Of a stretch of DNA of 64,000 bases, positions 54,877 through 64,000 are shown piece by piece; the first letter of the stretch is position 1; every line of letters begins with the position of its first letter. The notes below the pieces were generated by a model, which was given only the letters and a program-made list of their open reading frames with translations, was not told the DNA's origin and did not search any database. The stretch comes from Candidatus Eutrophomonas brisbanensis. Its GTDB lineage: Bacteria; Pseudomonadota; Gammaproteobacteria; Burkholderiales; Eutrophovitaceae. The DNA lies in assembly GCA_038141705.1 (NCBI GenBank), contig JAYQIQ010000001.1, forward strand, positions 278,600 through 342,599. Direction: 5' to 3'. A program made the translations under genes and the position numbers.

Positions 54877-55268
54877 GTCGAGCCAACGGCATTCGGTGAC
54901 AACATATTTTCGCTTCCACGAACGCAGGACAATGCCGGTGTGGATTGCTGGATCTCTTCAATCAGACGATCCAATTGGCCTTCCCGCACCTCCCATTCGT
55001 TGTCTAATTTTGCGACAAACTGCACCATCAGACGAATGGAAAAGGCATCAGCCACCGCGGGGTCGCCAGTACGATGCAACAGCAGAGCATGGGCCAGTCT
55101 TGCCGGCGAGTCACCTTCATAGCCCCATTCGAAGTCATCGTTCGACGTCTCGTCGAGCGCGAGCAGCTTCGTCAGAGGAGCCCCTTTGTACATGACCACC
55201 AGACCGTCGATGGTGCGCTCTCCGCTGTAGATACCCGCAGATGGCTGCTCCTGTGCGATTTTGATCAT
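54813..55268 (-). CDS. DUF6166-like protein
   Basis: YSGERTIDGLVV...FEWGYEGDSPARLAHALL. Confidence 0.65.
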   Translation of the reverse strand: MIKIAQEQPSAGIYSGERTIDGLVVMYKGAPLTKLLALDETSNDDFEWGYEGDSPARLAHALLLHRTGDPAVADAFSIRLMVQFVAKLDNEWEVREGQLDRLIEEIQQSTPALSCVRGSENMLSPNAVGSTCHRTCLARAPKFGLRVQVHH

Positions 55269-55450
55269 TTGTTACCCTCGTCTTTTTTCTGCACCGCCGA
55301 CATGGACCAAAGGCCGAGCATCAGAAATACAACCAATACAATGAGATAGGGAATGTTGCGCTCCATACCCATCGCTACTTCGATCCAATAGCCCAGTACT
55401 CCTGCGCATAAAAGCAGCACGGAGAACATAACTTTCTTGTCCACAGGCAT
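55265..55450 (-). CDS. Small two-TM membrane protein
   Basis: SD AGGAG; two hydrophobic helices; ATGA overlap with the next gene. Confidence 0.65.
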   Translation of the reverse strand: MPVDKKVMFSVLLLCAGVLGYWIEVAMGMERNIPYLIVLVVFLMLGLWSMSAVQKKDEGNK

Positions 55451-55494
55451 CGCTCATCTCCTAGAATTCTCAGAGTTTGTTAAACATTGACGCC

Positions 55495-56286
55495 TCACCG
55501 GAAATCAGGCTTGGTGTCGATCGGTGTTTCGACCGGCGTCTTGCGGGTTTTGCGAAGGTCCTTCTTCACATACTTGGTGCTGTAACCATTAAACAAATGT
55601 CCGAACAGGCCACGATCCAGGTCGGAAGTGCCGTAGACCCAGTCCCAAAACGGAAATACAATGCTCATGTTGTATTCCATCATCACGGAAGAATCGTGGT
55701 GTGCGGTGTGATGCCGCCTAGCGGTGTTCACGATGGGGCAGTGGCGCAGAAACCAATTATCGTCCACATGGCACAGGAAATGCAGTAGCTCATAGAACAC
55801 ATAGCTTCCAATGGCGGTTGCAAGGATGAGCCAGCCAACATTCACAGAAATGATTATCCCAGCCAGAAAGGCAAATGGTATTGTGGTCAGCGTGAAAAAC
55901 ACGAGGGTGAACGGCGGAAATATCGTGACACGCCAGTCCTTATGGCTGGCGAATCGTGGCTCCTCCGCCGTAAAGAACTGGTGATGCATCAGGGTGTGAC
56001 GCACATAGGTCAGGCGCCAGAACGGGGATTTCGAAGGCCGATGTGCTAAGAAGCGATGAAACAGGTACTCCACCCACTGGGCAAATAAAAACACCGCTGG
56101 CACAAAAAGCCATTCCCACCACAACACATTGCTGATGTGACGCGTCGCAAAATAGATCTCGTACAGACCCACCCCGAGAATCAGGAAGGCGTGGTAATAG
56201 CCGTTGTAGAAGCCGCTCAGGCGCGAGCGGTAGATTTCCCGGTATTTACGCTGGCGTAGCCCCATTGGGCTGTGAACAAGTTCCAT
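55495..56286 (-). CDS. Fatty acid hydroxylase / sterol desaturase family protein
   Basis: His boxes HRFLAH, HTLMHH, HFLCH, RHHTAHH; WDWVYGT; SD AGGAG before MELVH. Confidence 0.9.
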   Translation of the reverse strand: MELVHSPMGLRQRKYREIYRSRLSGFYNGYYHAFLILGVGLYEIYFATRHISNVLWWEWLFVPAVFLFAQWVEYLFHRFLAHRPSKSPFWRLTYVRHTLMHHQFFTAEEPRFASHKDWRVTIFPPFTLVFFTLTTIPFAFLAGIIISVNVGWLILATAIGSYVFYELLHFLCHVDDNWFLRHCPIVNTARRHHTAHHDSSVMMEYNMSIVFPFWDWVYGTSDLDRGLFGHLFNGYSTKYVKKDLRKTRKTPVETPIDTKPDFR

Positions 56287-56402
56287 GGTCATCTCCTGAA
56301 TGTCTACATGATTGCATGCATTTACATAAAATATATGTGTAGTATGCGACATATATATATGATGCATACATAGGGAAAACCCGTAATTTGGTTGCTAAGA
56401 CC

Positions 56403-57812
56403 CATCCCATTATACACAAGTCCCCACTTCACTGAACTCTCTGGCGTAGCGGGCACCTTCCACAAGATGGCTATCTCCTGCAATCCCAGCCACAGCGTCT
56501 TGGCACCGGGTTCACCATCTCCCTTTCTTGCCAGAAAGCCACCGCGCTGGGCGATCAGGCGGATCACTTCGTTCAGGGTCGGCATCTTTTAGGCACCGGC
56601 TTTTTGTTCAAGATGAACGCCGCTCGCCACTCATCGGGCTCGAACACCAGAGCCGCATCCAGTTCGGGCACCGTGCGCCCCAGGCGCATCAGGCGGTTGA
56701 TGCGCCAGGCAATCACCATGTAAATGGCCAGCGCTGATTCCAGTCTGTCCTTGTCGCTCAGCTGCAAGCGCTCGACCCGGCAGCCCTCCTTCAAAATCAG
56801 GAAGAACAATTCAATCTCCCAGCGCGCGCGGTACCAGTCAATCAGCTCGCTGGCTTGCTCGAGCGTGCTGGCCTCGCGGTTGCTCAGCAGGCGCCACTGC
56901 ACTGGCTTGGTGCCCTCAGGGGCGCTCACTTCCGAGGCGATCAGGCAGGTCACTTCAATGTGCCCTTGGCTTTTGTCTTTGAGGCTCAGGCGCTGTAGCC
57001 GGATATCTTGCTCGACCATGCGGCTCTTGCGCCCGCGCCCTGCGGGCAGCATGAAGCGGATGCGTCCGATGGGCGTTTGTGCCATCACCTGATCCCACAG
57101 CTTGGCGCCCCCGGGCAGCACCCGGTTGTGCTGGCTGCGCACCAAATAGTCGGCCGGGTAGCCCAGATCACGCGCCTTGAGCATCAACTCCAGCATGTCG
57201 GACTCGCGGTCGCCAATGCACACGTGGCGCGTATCGGGCAACTGCTGGCCGCTCTCGGCAATGCGCTCGTAGCTCTCGATCCAGCGGCTGCTCTCGCACA
57301 GGCCGGATCGCTTGCCGTCTTCGCCCTTGAATTGGCGCGCCCAGGTCCAGGCGTTGAAGACGCCCAGTGGCTCGCGCTCGGCGCTGACAACGTACGTTGG
57401 GTGCAGGTACAGCCCGCGCTGGGCCTCAAAGCTGAGCGGCCCCAGGCCCGCGATGGCCTGGCCGTTGTAGTCGAGCTCGGTGGTGTCCTGAATGCACAGC
57501 ACCACCTTGTGCTGGGCCATGCGCACCTGGCTGGCCTGCCAGTGCGGCGCCAGAACCTTGTCCCAGCTAACCTCTTGGTTGCGCAGGAACCGATACGCCG
57601 CCGCCGTCTCGGCCCAGCTTTGGCAGGCGTTGGGGATACTGGCCGAGGGCTTTTGCCCCAGTCGCTCGGCCAGCAGCACGGCGCGCCGGTTCAGGCGAGG
57701 ATCGCCCAGCTCTATCGCTTTGAACTCGTCTGCCAATCGCACTGGCGTCTCCTTGTGCGCTCACTTTGAGCGGGGTGCAGTTTAGTGGCGGGGACTTGTG
57801 TGTAATGGGATG
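56403..57812 (-). mobile_element. IS4-family insertion sequence (IS50/Tn5-like transposase, frameshifted near the C-terminus)
   Basis: 25-bp terminal IRs CATCCCATTA(T/C)ACACAAGTCCCC(A/G)C; LGDPRLNRR, IQDTT, DRESD, YRARWEIE..F..LK, GGFLARKGDGEPG; much higher GC than flanks. Confidence 0.95.
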
Positions 57813-58955
57813 CATTAAGTGGGGCAGCCCAAATACTGCATGTAGCTAATAACCCTGGACTTAGTGAGTCGGGCGGCGGACATGGAGCTAAGGGAGTTGA
57901 TTTCCAACGTTGGTGGTCTGTGCTTCGCATGCTCGAACTTGAGGGAATCCGGCGCGAAAGACTTTCTCCTTCTCTTCGAGTCAATACAGGATGTTGCGGA
58001 GCTTGATTCAGCATTCACACCCACATGTGCTCAGATTTACCAGATCAAGAAGAAGGATCGGAATGAATGGTCATTGAATAATCTAAGTGGGACCAGTGTC
58101 CCCAAAGCTAGTAAAACCAAACCGACACCTCCGATAAAAACAAAAGTCAAAGATAGCCCCATAGGTAAACTCTATCTAAGTCTCGAAGCATTTCCTAACT
58201 TACCCGTTGAAGGACATTTCATCTCAAATGCAGGTTTCGATCTTCCATTAGCTACTGGCGGAAATGCTGCTACCTCGACGCCTTGCACGCTAGCTGAGCT
58301 TGCTCCTCAACATGTAGCGCAACTCACAGAAGCATTAAAGCTTTTGTGCGGAACTGAAGCGCAGCCTCCGGACCTTAAACGACTGAATCTAAAAAAAGTT
58401 CCCCTTCACCCAGACTCTCCCAATAGTTATGTAATTCACGTTGCCTTAGACTTCCTCAAGAAACGAAGCAGGGCATGCTGGCCAAGCTGCGTCATTCGTA
58501 GAATCTCTGGTGATTCATGTTTCCCCGCTTGGAAGACATACCGACGTATGTGCGTCTTTTGAAGAATTAGTCAAGAGCGTGGCTTTACGAGAAGCGACTT
58601 TGTCGCAGCCTTAAGCGCACTGGAAACGACACCCGACTATTTGGCACACCTAGATGGTTGGTTGCAACAATTGCAGACTGAGGGCGTAGACTTTATGCTT
58701 GCGACAGGAATTCGTAGTAATGCTGCTCGAATTTTTAGTGAAAAATTATTAACCAGTTCGACACCAGCAATACAAGCAATAGATGAATTTTGCGACCAAT
58801 GGATTAAGATCAAGCCTCCAGGCTCGAAGCTCCTTCTTTTCTTCAGGAAGCTGGTCTTGGCAGCACTAAAATTCAAAATTCACGGTTTTAGGGATGTGGA
58901 ATTAATGGCGCGCCTAGCGCTGAGGGCAATCAAATCATGCGTGGACCAGACTTAA
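57813..58955 (+). CDS. lmuA: Lamassu effector LmuA, Cap4/DUF4297-type endonuclease (frameshifted; start interrupted by the IS)
   Basis: Joined frames: SESGGGHGAKGVDFQRWW..LLFESIQDVAELDS..IYQIKKK (PD-(D/E)xK-like); directly upstream of an SMC-like gene. Confidence 0.7.
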
Positions 58956-58988
58956 GACTCTTGGTACGGAGTTTGAGAACAAAAAACT

Positions 58989-60671
58989 ATGAAAATCTTT
59001 CGCTTCGAAAACATATGGCTGCTCGCACCGCGACAAACGAGCGAGACATGTCAACTTCCATCCGCACCGGAATCTAATTCTGGGGCGAAATCACAGGCAA
59101 GACGAGCCTAATACGGAGCCTGTTTGAGACCCTTGGAGCCAAACCAGAAGGAAAAGCTTGAATCCTGGGATGAAAACTCTGTATCGCTGGTGGAGTTCAC
59201 TGTAGATACGAAGCACTACTTCGCTTTGCACCAAGATGGTCGTCGTGCATTGTTCAACATGAATAACGAGTTAATTGCGACGACAACAAATATTGCGGAT
59301 TGGTCAGCGCTTTTTTTGTAGGATTACAGAATTCAATTTAGTGTTTTCTGACAAAGAATCTGAAGTTCAGCCCGGCAGCCCTGACTGTTTTTTTTCTGCC
59401 CTTTTACATTAATCAAGATGGGAGTTGGCAATCCGACTGGAATACTTTTCGTGGAATGCAGAGGTTTCGCGCTCCATGGGGCGCCATTCTCGAATATTTC
59501 ACCGGTGTCTGCCCACCTGAGTATTACCGTGCAAAAGCAGAACGTGATCAGGAAACTCGACAACTTGACGAGCAAAAGCGTGAAGCCAAGTTGCTGGAAC
59601 GCACTCGTGAGCGCTTTGGGCGCACACTTACGCTATCCGGTCCCAAAGTACAACCTGAAAACTTTGAACATGAAATTGCACTTCTCATCCACGAAGTCAC
59701 GGACCTTAATAAGCAACAAGAAATTTTGCGAAGTTCAGCTCTGAGCGAGCAAGACTTACTAAGCAGTTTGCATCAACAAATTCGGTTGGCTGAGGAAGCA
59801 CTGGCTCATAACCGGGACCCAACCTATTTGCGAGCAGAACCGGATGAACCATTGGTTTGCCCGGTATGCAACGCTGAACATTCAAAGTCTTTTCTTTGAT
59901 GTTTTATCGTATGCAGAAGATGCCCGAGTGCTCAGAGACTTAGTTGCGCGACTTCGCACAGATGCTGACGAGGTAAGGCGCCGATATGTAGTTACAACAG
60001 CTGCACTAGGTGCGCTTAACGAGAACCACTTGAGGATTTCCAAGGTTCTGGATACTCGAAAAAGGTGACCTCAAGTTCAAGGATATTGTCGACAGTATGG
60101 GAGCAGAAAGCGCTTTTGCCGCCTTCGAGGTTGAGCGTAAAGAACTTCAAGCTGAAATCGACAAGGGCCTTGGGATAGTCGATAGTTTGGATGAGCGAAT
60201 GAAAGAACTCCGAAGCAAAAAAGATCTAAAACTATTCTTGATGCATTCCGAGATTACTATGCGACAAGCAGAAATTCTTTGGCGCTGCCCAGCGTAAACA
60301 CGGCCAAAATTCGACTCACGAGCCGCCCCGATCTCTCTGGTAGCGGAGGTCCACGTTCAATATTGGCCTATTACGCAGCGTTGTGGCGCACATGCAATAG
60401 CAGTCTTGGAGCGTACAGCGTACCAGTTGTAGTTGATTCGCCCAATCAGCAGGGGCAGGACGATATCAACCTCCCAACTATTCTGAAATTTATTGCTAAT
60501 GAGCTACCGGAAAATATGCAACTAATTGTTGGCCTAGAGTCCTCGTCTGATTTTGTCTTTGACAACGAGATCATTCTTAACAAACAATATTCGCTTCTAA
60601 TTGACGAAGAATGGACTGCCGTTGAGTCAGTTGTCGAGCCATTGCTTCAGAAGATGCACACCGCTTTCTAA
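58989..60671 (+). CDS. lmuB: Lamassu SMC-like ATPase LmuB (multiply frameshifted)
   Basis: NLILGRN(H)TGKTSL Walker A, coiled coil, CPVC zinc hook, SGSGGPRSILAYY signature, VVVDSPNQQGQD Walker B. Confidence 0.75.
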
Positions 60672-60757
60672 ATAGCTGATCTGAATCACTCTCCATTTCG
60701 AAATCGATCATGGTTACTGAGAGTAAGATTTTTGAGATTGCTCTTTGTTAACCGAAG

Positions 60758-61257
60758 TCAATTATGTTGCAAACCTGAACGACTGATCAAGCATTGGAGT
60801 TTGACTCCATCAGTATCTCTTTGTAGCAATCTTAGCCAAGCCCCGTTTCCATTGCAGCTCCCACAGCGTGGCGGATCAGCCAAGTCAAATAACGTGATGT
60901 AATTTGGAAGCGTGTCGTCCAAGATGGCAGCGACAATATCGGGGGCCAGCGAAGTCAAGTTGACCATCCGGCTGACATAGCTGTTGTCGACTCCCTCCAG
61001 CGTCGCAATCTCCGTGAGGTTCTTTACCTGTCCGGATTCCAGCATGGCCAACCATCGGTGACCTCTGGCCAATGCCATTTGTGTTGGCGTTGGCTCACCA
61101 TCCAGTCGAGGATGAAAGTCCGTACCATCCGGCATCATTGCCGCCTTGCGTCGCCCCGGCGCGTGATCTTGATCGGGAAAGTCACATTCAAGCTGCCATC
61201 GCTTGGCCACCACCACATCCGCTTCGCCGGCGACTTTAATCTTCGTTTTCGTTCACG
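60758..61257 (-). CDS. Conserved small protein that follows large serine recombinases (frameshifted)
   Basis: ALARGHRWLAMLESG..IATLEGVDNSYVSRMVNLTSLAPDIV HTH-like segment; overlaps recombinase stop. Confidence 0.7.
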
Positions 61258-62598
61258 CCACCACCTCTGCAGAATCTTCCTCGACAACAGAGTCTTAATT
61301 CCGCGCCAACCGTTCGATACCATTCGGCCGGGTGCAACTCAATGTTGTGGGCCGTGACCACCACCTTGGTGATCACCCAGACGAACAATGCGTTCTTGTT
61401 CGACCGGAAAAAGCTGATCATGTCTTGTCGATCTGCAGCATCGCGATACACACCTTAGCTTCATCAACCTGCAGGTCCCGGCAATCATCAATTGAGCCGC
61501 GGGTCTTGAGATCAGGTGCGCACAAGATACGGCGCAGTTGCGCCACGACATTGGCTTCAATTCGATAGCAGGAAACCGTGGCAAACCCGATGCGCCAGCG
61601 TGTTCCTTGTTTTCTCGGGTGTGGATGTAATACCGGTACAACTTGCCTGCCCCCTTGCGTGTCCAAGCAGCTGTCAATGCGCGCCCATCGGCACCCTCCA
61701 CGATGCCCTTCAGCAGAAACAGCACAGTCGCGCGCGTGTAATTGCCTCGCATGCGGGGACTGATCTTCAAGACCGACTGCACAGCGTTCCAAGTGCTGGG
61801 TTCGATCAAGGGCTGATGCTCGCCCTTGAACCATTCGTCCTTAATACACAACTCACCCAGGTAAGTTCGGTTGCCCAAGAGTTTATAGATCAGACTTTTA
61901 TCAATCAGCTTGCCCGCGCGGACGTTTCCATCTTGCGTAGTCCAGGCTTTGGATGACGCCATCCAAGCGCAATTCTTTCACTAGCTTGGTACTGGAGCCG
62001 AGCTCTACGAACCGCTTGAAGATGTGTTGTATCACCCGGGCTTCAGCGCTCATTCGGAATCAGCCGGCGATCTTTCACGTCATAGCCAAGTGGTGGGATA
62101 CCGCCCGTCGCCATACCCTTTCGTTTGGAGGCGGTGATCTTGTCGCGAATCCGCCTCGCCGGTGACTTCGTTCGAACTGGCAAAGGACGGCAAGACATTC
62201 AGCATCAGCCGCCCCATCGATGTGGTGGTATTAAACTGCTGCGTCACCGACACGAATGACACCCCGATTCGCTCGAACACTTCGACCATTTTTGAAAAGT
62301 CCGCCAAGCTACGAGTCATGCGGTCGATCTTGTAGACAACAACGATATCGATACGACCGTCTTCGATATCAGCCAATAACCGCCGCAGGCCAGGTCGTTC
62401 CATGTTACCGCCAGAGAAGCCGCCATCATCGTAATCATCAGCGACTGGAATCCAGCCTTCGTTACGCTGACTAGCAATGTAGGCGTGGCCTGCTTCCTTC
62501 TGCGCATCAATCGAATTGAATGTCTGATCCAATCGCTCATCACTCGACACACGGCAGTAGACAGCGCAACGCTGGCGTCGCTTGAGAACCTCGCTCAT
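61253..62598 (-). CDS. Large serine recombinase (frameshifted)
   Basis: CAVYCRVSS, YDDGGFSG, VYKIDRMTRS, FNTTTSMGRL; recombinase-domain segment YKLLGNRTYLG. Confidence 0.9.
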
Positions 62599-63093
62599 TA
62601 CCCGCACCCCTTTCTTCACCAAATGCTTGGGTGCTGTAGAGGATTTCAATCAAAGAACACTGGCCCTGACCATGCCGTACCGGTGATTTCTTTGGCGATG
62701 CGCGAGAGGCTTCGATAAGGACGTCCCTCGAATTCATACTGGCCATCGACCGTGACCATGATCCGATATTCCTTACCCTGATACTCGCGGGTGAAAACCG
62801 TACCGGCCATCAGGCGTATATCCCGGTCGCGTTTTTGTTTTTGAATCGATGATTTGCTGAATACGGCGCTTATTCGATCCATAGCGCACGATCAACTTTG
62901 CGGAATTCAATTTCACCATAGCACGGCCAGTAAGCGATGCGTCGTTCAAGAAACTGTCAGTTTGTGCGTCAGGGTATCGCTGCCGACAAGCTTTTCCAGA
63001 GGGACCGGATGTCGGCCATCGGTAGATCGGGCAATCCGGCGATTGGGCCAATACAGAGAGTGGCGTGGCATAGGGCGATGAAGCAGTGGTCAT
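62595..63093 (-). CDS. DUF2924 domain protein (frameshifted)
   Basis: GTVFTREYQG..YEFEGRPYRSLSRIAKEITGTAWSGPVFF. Confidence 0.85.
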
Positions 63094-63312
63094 TTGGACT
63101 CCCACGCTGACGGTGTTTGTCGGGTCCCGTATGAACGCTCTGGTTACGGAATAGCCAAGTCCTAAATGACTCTTTGAGACCCTATTTTCTGACTTCGAGC
63201 AGAGCTTTTCCCAGAGGCCCGGGACATACCCCCTTGCCAGCAGGGCAGATACCTCGTCCATGCGCTCTGCAACGGTCATGGATTCTGGCGGGCGGCGGTT
63301 GATTTCGTGCAT
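63090..63312 (-). CDS. Small conserved hypothetical protein of the DUF2924-recombinase module
   Basis: MHEINRRPPESMTVAERMDEVSALLARG. Confidence 0.6.
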
Positions 63313-63460
63313 TGGGTACCAATCATTGAGGTTCAACGATACAAGGTAGAAATTGTGGGGCGAGAAGCCGCCTGAAAACCCATCAGCAAGTTGCTAACGG
63401 AAGCGGAAAGGCGCGGAAAAATAGAACGACTATTTACTAAATTGAAACTTCTATGACAGG

Positions 63461-63489
63461 TTGCAAAGAGAACGAACGTTCTCTAAAAT
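63461..63489 (+). promoter_or_regulatory. sigma70 promoter with an embedded palindromic LexA-type operator
   Basis: TTGCAA-N17-TAAAAT; AGAGAAC-GAAC-GTTCTCT at 63467-63484. Confidence 0.75.
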
Positions 63490-63495
63490 ATAGCC

Positions 63496-64000
63496 GTGAA
63501 GAAAGCTATTAACGACAGAGAAAATCTTGCCAGCCTGCAAAGCTACTACGCCGAGCACCGCGTGTTGCCCTCTTACGCCCGTTTGATGAGCCTGCTTGGT
63601 TATGCCTCCAAGTCGGCAGTCAAAAGCGCTGGAAAGGCTTCTGAGGACGCTGGGTTACTCGACCGCACGCCAGATGGCGACTGGTCACCTAGCGAACGCT
63701 TCTTCGAGCGGGCGATTGCAACCCAGCCTGTGCCAGCGGGGATGCCCATCGCAGCTGATAGTGATACTCATGAGCCAATCACCATTGACCGGTTTTTAAT
63801 CGATCAACCTACGAAAACTATACTCATTCGGGTGAAGGGCGACAGCATGGTGGACGCCGGTATCCACAACGGTGATTTAGCCGTTGTAGAACGTACCAGC
63901 GAGGCCACGCCGGGGAACATCGTGGTCGCAATCGTCGACGATGAATTCACATTAAAAACTCTAGCGAGAGACAAAGTCGGATATCACCTGCTTCCTGCCA
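63496..64000 (+). CDS. LexA/S24-family repressor (frameshifted, runs off the window)
   Basis: GTG start MKKAINDRENL..PSYARLMSLLGYASKSAV wHTH; VPAG cleavage site; VKGDSM Ser and FTLKTL Lys of the S24 dyad. Confidence 0.88.
   Translation, partial: MKKAINDRENLASLQSYYAEHRVLPSYARLMSLLGYASKSAVKSAGKASEDAGLLDRTPDGDWSPSERFFERAIATQPVPAGMPIAADSDTHEPITIDRFLIDQPTKTILIRVKGDSMVDAGIHNGDLAVVERTSEATPGNIVVAIVDDEFTLKTLARDKVGYHLLPA

Larger units (their letters stand above)
54328..64000. mobile_element. Genomic island/integrative element at the ssrA 3' end (extends beyond the window)
   Basis: Compositional shift to higher GC after ssrA; IS, defence genes, large serine recombinase plus DUF2924, LexA-like repressor; other att not in window. 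Confidence 0.8.

Noticed and set aside
1-64000. CRISPR array, retron or diversity-generating retroelement
   Set aside because: No regularly spaced repeats, cas genes or reverse transcriptase motifs seen by eye

Overview
64 kb of a moderately low-GC betaproteobacterial chromosome (tmRNA tag ANDERYALAA; gene order gyrA-serC-serA-pheA-hisC-tyrA-aroA/cmk-rpsA-ihfB-lapB). Many genes, including essential ones such as gyrA, are split by single-base indels, often in homopolymers. These are most likely uncorrected long-read errors, so split genes are reported as single frameshifted CDSs. Core content: speD-speE, mlaA, two DEAD-box helicases, bioAFD, htpX, an ABC-F ATPase, dksA, a Co-type nitrile hydratase cluster, LPS heptose genes, aromatic amino acid and serine genes, six tRNAs and tmRNA. 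There are two mobile regions. (1) A ~3 kb decayed element UPSTREAM of tRNA-Arg(CCT), bounded by a 67-bp direct repeat of the tRNA leader plus 5' end. It encodes a tyrosine integrase and an A-family/T7-RNAP-like (TV-Pol-type) polymerase that the ORF track mostly misses. (2) An island at the 3' end of ssrA that runs off the window. It carries an IS4-family element, a two-gene Lamassu defence system, a DUF2924/large serine recombinase module and a probably leaderless LexA-like repressor with a GAAC-N4-GTTC operator. The best candidates for something undescribed are a structured 43-codon leader ORF abutting the speD ribosome-binding site (candidate polyamine-sensing attenuator) and the polymerase-bearing element at the tRNA 5' end. 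All family assignments come from motif recognition by eye; no searches were run.
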